This document shows positions 19,224-28,881 of a DNA stretch of 64,000 bases, piece by piece (position 1 is the first letter of the stretch; every line of letters starts with the position of its first letter). The notes under the pieces were generated by a model, which saw only the letters and a program-made list of their open reading frames with translations, searched no databases and was not told the origin of the DNA. A program made the position numbers and the translations under genes. The stretch covers positions 2,103,397 through 2,167,396 of the forward strand of contig NZ_CP100461.1 in assembly GCF_024228675.1 (NCBI RefSeq), written 5' to 3'. Source of the stretch: Salinigranum marinum. Its GTDB lineage: Archaea > Halobacteriota > Halobacteria > Halobacteriales > Haloferacaceae.

Positions 19224-20291
19224 ATGGAAGACGACCCCGAACCTGACACGGGATTCGACTTCGACCTCCTCCGCGAACTCACCGAGACGGACGGCGTACC
19301 GGGGTACGAAGACGAGGTTCGCGCCGTGGTTCGGCGCGAACTGGCGGCGGCGACCGACGAGATCAGAACGGACGCGATGGGGAACGTCGTCGGAACGGTC
19401 GAAGGCGGCGACTACGACGTGCTCGTCGCGGCGCACATGGACGAGGTCGGCTTCATCGTCAGGCACGTCACCGACGAGGGCTTCCTCCAGCTGGACGCGC
19501 TCGGGGGGTGGGACCCACGGATCCTCCGCGCACAGCGCGTCCGCGTCCACACCCGTGAGGGACCGCTCACGGGAGTCATCGGCTCCGTCCCGCCCCACAC
19601 GCTGACCGACAAGCAGAAAGGGGAGAAACAGGAGGTCTCCGACGTGTACGTCGACCTCGGTCTGTCGGAAGAGGCGGTCGACGAGCGGGTGTCGGTCGGC
19701 GATCCGGTGACGATGCAACAGACCACCGTCCGAATGGGCGAGCACGTCACTGGGAAGGCGCTCGACGACCGCGTCTGTCTGTTCGCGATGCTCGAGGCGG
19801 CGCGGCGCGTCGTGGACCCGGAGGTCACGGTCCACTTCGTCGCCACGGTCCAAGAGGAGGTCGGGCTCCGCGGGGCCCAGGCGATCGGCGTCGACCTCGA
19901 CCCGGACCTCGCGCTCGCGCTCGACGTCACGGTCGCAAACGACGTTCCCGGATTCGACGCGGCCGATCACGTGACCGAACTCGGCGCGGGCGTCGCGGTG
20001 AAACTGAAGGATTCGAGCGTGATCACGACGCCGAAGGTGAACCGACGGCTCCGCGACGTAGCCGAGGCCGAGGGGGTCGCCCACCAGTTGGAGGTGTTGC
20101 CCGCGGGCGGGACGGATACGGCGAACCTCCAGCGGGCGGGCGGTGCCGTCCCGGTCGGGGCGCTGTCGGTGCCGACGCGGTATCTCCACACGCCGACCGA
20201 GTGCGCCCACGTCGACGACGTCGCGGCGACGATCGACCTGCTGTCGGCGTTCGTCGGAAGCGAGACGGGCGACCACGACTACTCGCTGTAG
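19224..20291 (+). CDS. M42-family metallo-aminopeptidase (TET / FrvX-like)
   Basis: ~355 aa. AAHMDEVGF (metal-binding His/Asp), VQEEVGLRGA (catalytic Glu-Glu), and a C-terminal H...D ligand region typical of M42. ATG at 19224 preferred over the GTG at 19218. Confidence 0.85.
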   Translation: MEDDPEPDTGFDFDLLRELTETDGVPGYEDEVRAVVRRELAAATDEIRTDAMGNVVGTVEGGDYDVLVAAHMDEVGFIVRHVTDEGFLQLDALGGWDPRILRAQRVRVHTREGPLTGVIGSVPPHTLTDKQKGEKQEVSDVYVDLGLSEEAVDERVSVGDPVTMQQTTVRMGEHVTGKALDDRVCLFAMLEAARRVVDPEVTVHFVATVQEEVGLRGAQAIGVDLDPDLALALDVTVANDVPGFDAADHVTELGAGVAVKLKDSSVITTPKVNRRLRDVAEAEGVAHQLEVLPAGGTDTANLQRAGGAVPVGALSVPTRYLHTPTECAHVDDVAATIDLLSAFVGSETGDHDYSL

Positions 20292-20365
20292 TCGACAGGG
20301 AACCCCGCCCACCACGGTGGACACGAACCAAAGTATTCACTACAGGCGACGCCATAGGCGCGAGC

Positions 20366-20992
20366 ATGAGCGACACGCAGATGTCGCGGCGAGCGTTCCT
20401 GACAGCCGCGGCCGGGACGACGGCCGTTGCCGGTGCGTCGGGAAGCGCCGCGGCACAGACGACGGAGCCCGACTTCGGGAGTTGGCTCGACGGCGTCGAC
20501 GGCGGGTATCAGGACATGCGCGGCTCCGGTGAGGTGACCGTGGAGGTCGGCGCCAGCGGCAACGGTGGCAACCTCGCGTTCGCCCCCGCGGGCATCTGGA
20601 TCGACCCCGGGACGACCGTCAAGTTCGAGTGGACCGGCGAGGGTGGCGGCCACAACGTCATCGCCGACAGCGGTCCCGCGAGCCTCGACTCGGGCGCGGC
20701 GGTCTCGGAAGCCGGCGTCAACTACGAGTACACGTTCGAGGAGGGCGACGCCGGCATCACGAACTACTACTGCGATCCGCACCTCGCGCTCGGGATGAAA
20801 GGGGCCGTCGCCGTCGGCGGCGAGGTCCCGACGGTCGAGACGGGTGGCGGTGGCGAGGGAAGCAGTGTCCCGCAGGTCCCCGAGAGCGCCAAGACCCTCG
20901 GCGTCGCCACCACGTTCGCGATGGTCGCCACCCTCGGTCTCGCGTTCTTCTTCCTCAAGTACGGCGGCGACTACGAGACGCCCGACGAGTAA
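20366..20992 (+). CDS. Halocyanin (type-1 blue copper protein), Tat-exported and C-terminally membrane-anchored
   Basis: Twin-arginine motif MSRRAFLTAAAG. Plastocyanin-like copper ligands H...C..H..M (GGGHNV ... YYCDPHLALGMKG). C-terminal hydrophobic helix. Confidence 0.85.
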   Translation: MSDTQMSRRAFLTAAAGTTAVAGASGSAAAQTTEPDFGSWLDGVDGGYQDMRGSGEVTVEVGASGNGGNLAFAPAGIWIDPGTTVKFEWTGEGGGHNVIADSGPASLDSGAAVSEAGVNYEYTFEEGDAGITNYYCDPHLALGMKGAVAVGGEVPTVETGGGGEGSSVPQVPESAKTLGVATTFAMVATLGLAFFFLKYGGDYETPDE

Positions 20993-21118
20993 CCTCGGGT
21001 CGTCGTCGGTCGCCCGGTGATTCGTGCCCGAACGATCGCGTCGGTGCTATCGAAACGTTCAGTATACGAGAGGTTACGGCGTGCCGAGTAGATAGCGCGT
21101 GTCCTGCACGTAACAGCC

Positions 21119-21388
21119 TCACCTCCACCCGCTGGGAGCGATACCGAGTCTCACCACGATGGGGCGGTAGGCGAAGACGACGACAACAACAATCGCTAAT
21201 TCGATCCAGAAACCGACCTCGCCCACAGTCGCTTGAACGATCGTGAGGGCTAGAAATACCAACATAAACATCGCAATGTAGTGTGGAGCGAGTTCCATCA
21301 ATCGATCTGTGTCCATACATCCCCTTAGGGGGGGAGCTGTCTCAAGTCCTTCTCTCGAGCTGCTGTATAGGACCTCTATAGTCAGCAC
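21119..21388 (-). CDS. Small membrane protein (2 TM); true start possibly internal (MDTDRLMELAPHY...)
   Basis: Hydrophobic ORF in a gene-free gap with no motif. Start is uncertain. Confidence 0.4.
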   Translation of the reverse strand: MLTIEVLYSSSREGLETAPPLRGCMDTDRLMELAPHYIAMFMLVFLALTIVQATVGEVGFWIELAIVVVVVFAYRPIVVRLGIAPSGWR

Positions 21389-21462
21389 ACACCCTGAGTC
21401 GACGTCCGATGAGTTTCAACGGAAGTCTCACGTCCAGTCGCGCTCCGAGCCCGAGCTGGAAC

Positions 21463-22533
21463 TCAGAACAGCCCGAGCGAGAACCCGCGGTCGTCGATGG
21501 CGTCCCGGTAGGCGTCGAGATACCGGTCGAGGACGGCGTCGTGGTCGTACGCGTCGTACGCCTCGCTCCGCGTGCGATGATCGTCGTCGGCCGCCTCGAC
21601 GATGGCGTCAGCCAGTTCCTGCGGCGAGGTGACACAGCGACCGCGAGCCTCGCCTTCGACGAGTTCGTGCGCGCTCGACCCCGCCTGGTACTCGACGAGT
21701 CCGACGCAGCCGCACGCGAGCGCCCAGAGCAAGCCGGTGGCGAACGGCTCCTCTGCGGCGGTCTGGGCGAACACCCGTGCGCCCTTCAGGATCGGAACGA
21801 ACTCCTCGGACGGGAGGTCGCCAAGGAACTCGACGCGGTCGTCGATACGGAGCTCCGCCGCCGTCTCCTCGGCCGCTGCACGAGCCGGCCCGTCACCGAT
21901 GACCGCCGCACGCCAGCTTTGCGTCCGCAACTCCGCGAGCGCGAGCAGGAACGACTCGACGTTGGCCGTCTCGTCGAGGTCGTGCGCGTAGACGAGGTCG
22001 GCGCGTCGGTCGACGGGCGCGTCGCGGACGAGGTCGGTGTCGATGCTCTCGGGAACGATCCTGAGTTGCTCGGCGGATGCACCGTGTTCGCGGACGCCGG
22101 TCCGGACGAGCTCCGACGGCACGAGTATCGTCGCGGCCGCGCGGGCGGCGCGTTTGTATCCCACCCAGTCGTCGTCGGGGGAGTCGCGCCACCAGTCGAC
22201 GACGAGCGGGACCCGGAGGAGCCGGCAGGCCCGCTTGGCGGCGACGACGTGTCCGGGCGGGCTGTTGACCGCCTGGACGACGTCGGGTTTCGTCTTGAGG
22301 AGGTGAAGCGGGAGCTTCGAGCCGAACGCCCCGACGGCGGGGCCCTCCGTGACCGCCCGGTAGACGACGTCGTTCTGTTCGAACTCGGGGATGGTGCCCC
22401 CCCACCACTGCGAACAGCAGACCGTCACGTCGTGACCGCGGTCGGCCATCGCTTCGGCCACCCGTCGCGTCCGCGCCGTCGCGCCGGTCTCGTCCTGTTG
22501 AGCCGTGCGCATCGAGACGAACGCGACGTGCAT
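21463..22533 (-). CDS. GT4-family glycosyltransferase
   Basis: 356 aa. N-terminal MHVAFVSMRT...GG...RGHDV. C-terminal GT1/GT4 E-x7-E-like region (FAQTAAEEPFATGLLWALACGCVGLV). Confidence 0.78.
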   Translation of the reverse strand: MHVAFVSMRTAQQDETGATARTRRVAEAMADRGHDVTVCCSQWWGGTIPEFEQNDVVYRAVTEGPAVGAFGSKLPLHLLKTKPDVVQAVNSPPGHVVAAKRACRLLRVPLVVDWWRDSPDDDWVGYKRAARAAATILVPSELVRTGVREHGASAEQLRIVPESIDTDLVRDAPVDRRADLVYAHDLDETANVESFLLALAELRTQSWRAAVIGDGPARAAAEETAAELRIDDRVEFLGDLPSEEFVPILKGARVFAQTAAEEPFATGLLWALACGCVGLVEYQAGSSAHELVEGEARGRCVTSPQELADAIVEAADDDHRTRSEAYDAYDHDAVLDRYLDAYRDAIDDRGFSLGLF

Positions 22534-22655
22534 GGTCGCGGAGGGACCGCCCGACGTAATAAATCCTACCGGAAGCGGACGACCGAGCGACTCCGAGACC
22601 GGACCGCCGCCGAAACGGCCACACGCGTTATGTTCCCCTGCCCGAACGTCGACGT

Positions 22656-22937
22656 ATGGACACCGACGCCGGCGAGTCGACCGTGGAACCGGACGAGGGC
22701 GAGGGCAGGGGCGGGAGAGAGACCAGACGTCGGTTCGTCGCGTGGTACGGCGAGTGGTATCTGCGGCTCTACGCGGTGTTGGCGCTGGCGATCGTACTCG
22801 GTGCCGGCTACGGCTACGCGATCGGCGCGCTCAGTTGGTGGAACGCGGGCGGGATGGTCGTGATGCTCGCCGCACTATCGGGGTTCATCAGGTGGCGACT
22901 CGGCGTCGATCCGGCGTTCGGCGCGAACGAGCACTGA
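22656..22937 (+). CDS. Small membrane protein (2 TM), hypothetical
   Basis: 93-aa ORF with an acidic N-terminus and two hydrophobic helices. Confidence 0.4.
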   Translation: MDTDAGESTVEPDEGEGRGGRETRRRFVAWYGEWYLRLYAVLALAIVLGAGYGYAIGALSWWNAGGMVVMLAALSGFIRWRLGVDPAFGANEH

Positions 22938-22966
22938 GTCGCACCGAGTCGCCGCGACGACGCGCG

Positions 22967-23584
22967 TCAGCGCACCACCGGGAGGAGGAACGCCTCGACG
23001 AACTGCCAGTCGTAGACGTGGTTGAGAAGCAGGTACGCCACGACGCCGAGCGAGAGCGAGAGGATCCACGCCGCGGCGGCGATACGCCCGACGCGACGGT
23101 GGGTTCCCATCGTACGGAGTTCGTCTGGCGTGTGGGTGACACCGAGGACGAGCGCGTGCACCACCACGGGGACCGACACCACCGAGAGAACGATGTGGAT
23201 CGCGAGCATCGCGAGGTAGCCGTAGTACGGGAGCGTGGGGCCGACGAACTCCTTCGTGCCGCCGCCGCCGATCTTCGTCAGATAGAGCACGAGGAAGACG
23301 AGGATGAGCCCGAACGCACTGGCCATCGACGCGGCGTGTTTTCGGACCTCCCCGCGGCGGATGAACCGCCAGCCGGCGATGAGGAGGAGCGTCGCCGCCG
23401 TGTTGATCACGGCGATCGCGTCGGCGATACGATTGACCTGCTGGAGGGTGAGTTCGGGAAAGACCGACCGAGGGACGTATCCCAGGAAGGTGCCGATGAC
23501 GAGAGCGTACCCCACGACCGAGAGGACCGCCGTCACGGCGACCGGGTGTTCCTTGAGCGGGCCGCGCACGCTGGCTGTAGCCAT
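22967..23584 (-). CDS. DUF420-family integral membrane protein
   Basis: 205 aa from the ATG at 23582-23584 (MATASVRGPLKEHP...). Four TM helices. The ORF-track upstream extension is Arg/Gly-rich junk. Confidence 0.7.
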   Translation of the reverse strand: MATASVRGPLKEHPVAVTAVLSVVGYALVIGTFLGYVPRSVFPELTLQQVNRIADAIAVINTAATLLLIAGWRFIRRGEVRKHAASMASAFGLILVFLVLYLTKIGGGGTKEFVGPTLPYYGYLAMLAIHIVLSVVSVPVVVHALVLGVTHTPDELRTMGTHRRVGRIAAAAWILSLSLGVVAYLLLNHVYDWQFVEAFLLPVVR

Positions 23585-23817
23585 ATGCGACCGTTGGGAT
23601 GGGGTGAATATCCGTGTTCGGGTTCTGGCTTCGGCGGTCTCCTCCGCCGCCGAAGGACACGCTCCGGTTCGTCCCCGGAGTTCATCAACGATGACGCACC
23701 CACAGCCGTCGGTGCGGTGAGCGCCGTCGCACGGCGGGTCGCGGGAGCCCGGCGCGTCGTCGTGCGAGCGAGTCGTGCCGGCTGTCAGCCCCGGGCCGCT
23801 CGGGTCTCGCGAGTCGG

Positions 23818-24873
23818 TTACTCCTCGATGACGCCCGTCACCCGCGCGACCTCCCGAGCGGCGTCCTCGCTCACCCCGTCGCCGAGGATGGTGTACCGGT
23901 CGCGGATGGTGTGTGCCGTCGTGAGCGCCTCGATGACCGTCTCCGCGTCGACGCCCAACCCCCGGGCGGTCGTCGGCGCGTCGATCCGCTCGAGCGCGTC
24001 GCGGATGTTCCGCCACTGCCCCTTCTCGCCGCTGTGGAGATACTCGGTCATGATCGCGCCGACGCCCACCTGATGCCCGTGGAGCGCCGTGTTCGGGACG
24101 AGCCGGTCGAGTTGGTGTGAGAAGAGGTGCTCCGCGCCCGAGGCGGGCCGCGAGGAGCCCGCGATGCTCATCGCCACGCCCGACGAGACGAGTGCCTTCA
24201 CCACCACCCACGCGGACTCTTCGAGGCCCGGCTTGATCGAGTCGGCGCTGTCGACGAGCATCTCGGCGGTCATCTCCGAGAGCGCGCCGGCGTACTCGGA
24301 GTACTCGACGTTCTTCAGCCGGTGGGCCAGCTGCCAGTCCTTGACCGCGGTGTAGTTGGAGATGATGTCCGCACAGCCCGCCGTCGTGAGCTCCCAGGGA
24401 GCCTGTGCGAGCAGCTCCGTGTCGGCGATCACCGCGAGCGGCGGGTCGGCGGCGACCGAGTGGCGCGTGTCGCCCTCCGGGATCGACGACCGGCCGGAGA
24501 CGATGCCGTCGTGGCTCGCGACGGTCGGGACCGAGACGAAGCCGCAGTCGACCCGTTCAGCGGCCATCTTCGCGATGTCGATCGCCTTCCCACCCCCGAG
24601 GGCGATGATGTAGTCGGTCTCCTCGGCGAGAGCGGTCTCGGCCACCGCCTCGACCGAGGCGAAGCTCGCCGTCTCGACGGTCACGGTGTGGGGTTCGATC
24701 TCGAACTGTGCGCGGAGGCGGTCGCCGGCCAGCCGGTCTGGCGTCGGGCTCGTCACCAACAGCGGCTGGCCCGAGAGGTGGAGGTCGCCGACGGCCGCGC
24801 CGACCTGTCCGAGAACGCCGTGACCGATGACGACGTTCCGCGGGAGCTTGATCCACGTCGACTTGTCGAACAT
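23818..24873 (-). CDS. egsA: sn-glycerol-1-phosphate dehydrogenase (archaeal ether-lipid backbone synthesis)
   Basis: 351 aa. Iron-containing ADH / DHQ-synthase-like fold with the GGGKAIDIAK nucleotide motif. Length and N-terminus (MFDKSTWIKLPRNVVIGHG) typical of G1PDH. Confidence 0.9.
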   Translation of the reverse strand: MFDKSTWIKLPRNVVIGHGVLGQVGAAVGDLHLSGQPLLVTSPTPDRLAGDRLRAQFEIEPHTVTVETASFASVEAVAETALAEETDYIIALGGGKAIDIAKMAAERVDCGFVSVPTVASHDGIVSGRSSIPEGDTRHSVAADPPLAVIADTELLAQAPWELTTAGCADIISNYTAVKDWQLAHRLKNVEYSEYAGALSEMTAEMLVDSADSIKPGLEESAWVVVKALVSSGVAMSIAGSSRPASGAEHLFSHQLDRLVPNTALHGHQVGVGAIMTEYLHSGEKGQWRNIRDALERIDAPTTARGLGVDAETVIEALTTAHTIRDRYTILGDGVSEDAAREVARVTGVIEE

Positions 24874-24951
24874 GGCTACCTATCCACGGGCACCGGGCAT
24901 ATGGCTTCTCACTGCGGTCCGGACGCAGGGTCGAGACAGAGCCGAGGCGGG

Positions 24952-25650
24952 TCAGAGAAGCGTTCCGGCGGCGTCGGCGAGGAATACCACGCCGAATCCG
25001 GCGAGCACGAGAGCCGACAGGGCGGTCACGACGGGCGCGAACCGCTCGACGCGGCGTTCGGCCGTGACGAGCGCCGCCGGGAAGCCGGTGATCCACAGGA
25101 GGATGCCACCGAAGAAGCCGGCGACGAGCGCGGGGCTCCCCTTCTCGACGACGAGGATCCCCGCCAGGTCGCCGCCGACGTACGGCGTCTGCGCGAGGAC
25201 GTCGAACTGCCCGGATTCGAGGAGCGCGACACCGATCGTGAGCCAGAAGAGGATCTGGTACGGGTTGGTGATCGCGAGAAGGAACGCCTTCCGGAACCCA
25301 GCGCCAGTCTCGCCGGTCCCGCCGTCGGCGACGGTCCCGTCGCTCGGCTCGAACGTCGCACCCAGTTCGCTGGCGGCACCGTACGCGAAGTACAGCATGA
25401 GCAGCCCGCCGACACCGACCATCAGCCCACGGACCGTCGGGAACTGATCGACGAACGCCACGACGCCGACGAGCGAGAGCACGAAGAACACCGCGTCGGC
25501 GCTCATCGCCCCGAGACCGGCACGGAAGCCGGCTGTCCACCCTCGGAGTACGCTCTCCTCGGCGATGACGGCGTTCATCGGTCCGGGTGGGGCCGCCAGG
25601 GCCAACCCGAACACCACGCCGGCACCGGTCGAGACGATTACGTCGGCCAT
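24952..25650 (-). CDS. LysE/RhtB-family amino-acid exporter
   Basis: 232 aa, 6 TM, MNA/ITNPYQILFW motifs typical of LysE-type translocators. Confidence 0.78.
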   Translation of the reverse strand: MADVIVSTGAGVVFGLALAAPPGPMNAVIAEESVLRGWTAGFRAGLGAMSADAVFFVLSLVGVVAFVDQFPTVRGLMVGVGGLLMLYFAYGAASELGATFEPSDGTVADGGTGETGAGFRKAFLLAITNPYQILFWLTIGVALLESGQFDVLAQTPYVGGDLAGILVVEKGSPALVAGFFGGILLWITGFPAALVTAERRVERFAPVVTALSALVLAGFGVVFLADAAGTLL

Positions 25651-25725
25651 CGACCGTCCGTACCGGTGCCTCCGACAAAAATGCTCGACGTTCGGGAACG
25701 GAGGAGACGGCCGACCGGAGGAGCG

Positions 25726-26457
25726 TTACAACAACGCGAGGAGCGCGTCCGCAACCGTCGAGACGGCCAGCTCCCACACCGAGACGTCGGTGAGAATCGC
25801 GAGCACGGTGTCGGCGGCGAAAAAGCCGAACAGCGCCGCGCCAGCGAAGTGTGCCTTCCGCACGTCGAAGCGGTGGGAGAAGCGGTGGAAGACGTACGCG
25901 TTCGCCAGGCTTACCGGGAGGATCGCGAGCATCTCGCCGGCCCAGATCCCTGGATGCGCGCCGTACTGGACCGCGAGGCCGATCGTCACGAGCTGGGTCT
26001 TGTCGCCGAACTCCCCGGCGGCCATCATCGCGAAGATGGGCAGGAAGCTCCCGAACGCGTTCAGTTCGCGGCCGAACACCGTGGGCGGAGCCACGTCGGC
26101 GAAACCGCCGTCCGTCTCGGCCGATCCCATCGACGCGTCGCGTGCGTCCGTCTCGCTGTCGCCGACACTCGTCTCCCCGGGTGCGGGGGCCGACCGGACG
26201 AGCAACGCGGCGAAAAACCCGAAGAGGACGGCCGTGACGCCGTCAAGGACCACGGGCGAAACCGCCCCCTGCAACGCCGCGCCGAACCAGATCTCCAGGG
26301 CGGTCCACCCGGCGAACGCCGTCCCTGCGGCGGCGACAACCACTCTCGGATCGTACCGGGTCGAGAGGCCCGCGATGATGAACTGCACCTTCTCGCCCGG
26401 GAGGACTGCGAGTTGGGCGACGAAGGCGACGGCCGCAACCTCGACGAAGCCGGCCAT
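25726..26457 (-). CDS. UPF0016 (GDT1/TMEM165/MneA-like) cation transporter
   Basis: 243 aa with two repeated halves. Second-half signature E-x-G-D-K-T (GEFGDKTQLVT). Start overlaps the DtxR stop (TGATG). Confidence 0.78.
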   Translation of the reverse strand: MAGFVEVAAVAFVAQLAVLPGEKVQFIIAGLSTRYDPRVVVAAAGTAFAGWTALEIWFGAALQGAVSPVVLDGVTAVLFGFFAALLVRSAPAPGETSVGDSETDARDASMGSAETDGGFADVAPPTVFGRELNAFGSFLPIFAMMAAGEFGDKTQLVTIGLAVQYGAHPGIWAGEMLAILPVSLANAYVFHRFSHRFDVRKAHFAGAALFGFFAADTVLAILTDVSVWELAVSTVADALLALL

Positions 26458-27170
26458 CAGCTCTCGGCCTCCCCGGGCGCCGGATCGTCGTCCGTGACGG
26501 ACCTGACGCGGATCGACCGCGCGACCGCCTCGGGCAACGACTGCTCGCGACCGCTCTCGCCCACGCGGACGGTCACCATCCCGAACGGCGCCACGTCGAC
26601 GACGTCGAGGCGTGTCTCCGGGGTGATCCCCGCGTCCGCGAGGTAGGCCAACTCCTCCTCGTCGCGGTCTGAGACGCGCGTGACGACGACCCGCTCGCCG
26701 ACGGCGTGGTCGTCGAGTCGGGTCGAGTCGTCGGCGTCGAGCGGCGTGAGGTCGGCGCTCGGGATCGGATCGCCGTGTGGATCGACCTCGGGGTCACCGA
26801 GCGCCTCGGCGACGCGGCGCTCGAACTCCTCGGAGATGTGGTGTTCGAGCGCGTCCGCCTCGTCGTGGACCTCGCTCCAGTCGTAGTCAAGGTGCTCCGC
26901 GAGATACGCCTCCAACAGCCGGTGGTGACGGATTACCTCCAGTGCGACCGTCTCGCCCTCACGAGTCAGTTCGACCCCCTTGTACTTCTCGCGGGAGACG
27001 AGCCCCCGCTCTTCGAGTTTGCCGACCATGCTCGTCACCGTCGGCGGGGTCTTGCCGAGCAGTTCGGCGATGGCCGACGTCGACACCGGCGGCCCCGTCT
27101 CCGCCTGCAGGGTGTAGATGGACTTGAGGTAGTCCTCCATCACGTCGCTGAGCACGTCGGACTTCGCCAT
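26457..27170 (-). CDS. DtxR/MntR-family metal-dependent transcriptional regulator with a C-terminal FeoA-like domain
   Basis: N-terminal HTH (MEDYLKSIYTL...STSAIAELLGKTPPTVTSMVGKLEERGLV), dimerisation/metal-site helix, and a C-terminal SH3-like FeoA region. Confidence 0.85.
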   Translation of the reverse strand: MAKSDVLSDVMEDYLKSIYTLQAETGPPVSTSAIAELLGKTPPTVTSMVGKLEERGLVSREKYKGVELTREGETVALEVIRHHRLLEAYLAEHLDYDWSEVHDEADALEHHISEEFERRVAEALGDPEVDPHGDPIPSADLTPLDADDSTRLDDHAVGERVVVTRVSDRDEEELAYLADAGITPETRLDVVDVAPFGMVTVRVGESGREQSLPEAVARSIRVRSVTDDDPAPGEAES

Positions 27171-27247
27171 CTCGAGCGAGGGTACGCCATCCCCCGAAAA
27201 GAAAGTTTGGGACCTCTAAATTCTCTTGTGTTCTCGTCGAAGTCCGC

Positions 27248-28408
27248 TCAGATCCCCTGACTCATCAGGTGTGACCGGAGGATGTCGGCGGATTTGACGC
27301 CCGACTCCGTGTTGACGACGACGAGCGTCGCGTCGTCGGCGAACTCCTCGGCGAGCGCGTCGGCGGCGGCGACGGCGGCCCCGCCGGCCGCACCGACCTC
27401 GAGCGCGGCGGCCTGTGCGGCCGCGACCGCGCTCGCGAGGATCGCGTCGTCGTCGACCGTCACCACCTGCCCGCCCGTCTCGTCGACGGCGTCGACCGCG
27501 AGGTCGCCGCCGGCGGGGTCGGGAATCTCCAGTTCACCGACGATGGTGTCGGGGTGGGTCCACGTCTCGACCGGGCGTCCCGATTCGAACGCCGTCGCCA
27601 TGGGCGCACAGCCGCCGGGCTGTGCGGCGACGATCCGGGGGACGTCATCGACGAGCCCCAGTTCGACGAGATCACGGAACCCTTTCGCCACCCCGTAGAC
27701 GACCTCGCCGGTACTCGCGGGGACGAACACCGCGTCAGGTCGCTCGCAGGCACCGGCGATCTCGTACGCGAGCGTCTTGTACCCCTCGTGGCGGACTGGC
27801 GTGTCGAACTCCTGGAGCGTGAACCACTCCGACTGCAACTGCGAGTGGAGCGCCTCGAGCGCGTCGGGGTAACGCCCGCCCGCGACCCGCATCTCGCCCC
27901 CGTGGACGTTTGTCATCGCCTTGTTCGGGAAGGGCGCTCGGGAGGGAACGAACGCGTACGACCGGACCCCTGCCCGGCCGGCGTACGCCGCGCCCGACTG
28001 GCCGCTGTTGCCCGGCGAGGCGTGAGCGACGAGTTCCGCGTCGGCCGCCGTCGCCGCCGAGACGGCCAGCGAGAGCCCGCGGTCGTGGACAGTGCCCGTC
28101 GGGTTCCGCCCCTCGTCCTTGACGAGGAGCGAGTCGACGCCGAGTTCGTCAGCCAGCGCGGGCGCGTCGACGAGCGGCGTCCCGCCCTCGCCGGCGCTCA
28201 CGCCCGACTCGAACGGCAACAACTCCGAAAACGCCCACATCGAGCGGGCGTCGGCGACCGCCGGCAGGGTCCAGTCGACGTCGTCGTAGTCGTACACCGG
28301 GTCCAGGGGTGCGCCGGCTTCACTCCGTCCGGTCCGGGTCGGCTCGGGCGACAGTTCCTCGCCGGTCGCCGTACAGCGCAGCGCCCGGAGCGCGTCGCTC
28401 TGGTTCAT
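27248..28408 (-). CDS. thrC: Threonine synthase
   Basis: 386 aa from the ATG at 28406-28408. PLP-fold with the Lys-containing motif and tryptophan-synthase-beta-like superfamily signatures (GNPTGTVHDRG). Confidence 0.85.
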   Translation of the reverse strand: MNQSDALRALRCTATGEELSPEPTRTGRSEAGAPLDPVYDYDDVDWTLPAVADARSMWAFSELLPFESGVSAGEGGTPLVDAPALADELGVDSLLVKDEGRNPTGTVHDRGLSLAVSAATAADAELVAHASPGNSGQSGAAYAGRAGVRSYAFVPSRAPFPNKAMTNVHGGEMRVAGGRYPDALEALHSQLQSEWFTLQEFDTPVRHEGYKTLAYEIAGACERPDAVFVPASTGEVVYGVAKGFRDLVELGLVDDVPRIVAAQPGGCAPMATAFESGRPVETWTHPDTIVGELEIPDPAGGDLAVDAVDETGGQVVTVDDDAILASAVAAAQAAALEVGAAGGAAVAAADALAEEFADDATLVVVNTESGVKSADILRSHLMSQGI

Positions 28409-28569
28409 ACGAGGGGGTACGACGCGACGGGGGAATCCCTTCCGGTCCGGGGGCGTCGATGACGAGGCCGGAAACCGACGACCCTGGTGAGTCGACACAC
28501 ACCGCAGCGGCCGTGATACCACGACCCTCGCAAGCGTTATCCCTCGGGCACTGTTGTGTCCAAAAGCAA

Positions 28570-28764
28570 ATGGCGAACGGAAAAGTTGACTTCTTCAACG
28601 ACACTGGCGGCTACGGTTTCATCAACACTGACGACGCTGACGACGACGTTTTCTTCCACATGGAGGACGTCGGCGGTCCGGACCTCGAGGAGGGCCAGGA
28701 GGTCGAGTTCGAGATTCAGGACTCCCCCAAGGGTCCCCGCGCGGCGAACCTCACCCGACTGTAA
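28570..28764 (+). CDS. csp: Cold-shock protein (CspA family)
   Basis: 64 aa, MANGKVDFFNDTGGYGFI..., RNP1/RNP2-like motifs. Confidence 0.9.
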   Translation: MANGKVDFFNDTGGYGFINTDDADDDVFFHMEDVGGPDLEEGQEVEFEIQDSPKGPRAANLTRL

Positions 28765-28881
28765 GGCGACGCAGTTTTCGGTATTTCTCACGCTCGCGAG
28801 CCACGGCGACGCCACGAGCCCTGTTCGACGACGGACGGACCGACCGTACGGTTTACCCGCGGCGGGAGCGAACGCCGAACC

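Noticed and set aside
23617-23643. Hairpin CTTCGGCGG-N8-CCGCCGAAG between egsA and the DUF420 gene
   Set aside because: Short GC hairpins arise frequently by chance at this GC content. Haloarchaeal terminators are U-tracts, not hairpins, so no function is assigned.
24127-26646. 839-aa plus-strand ORF spanning the egsA/LysE/UPF0016 region
   Set aside because: It runs antisense across three independently supported minus-strand genes and is extremely Arg/Gly/Asp-rich. It is a GC-skew artefact.
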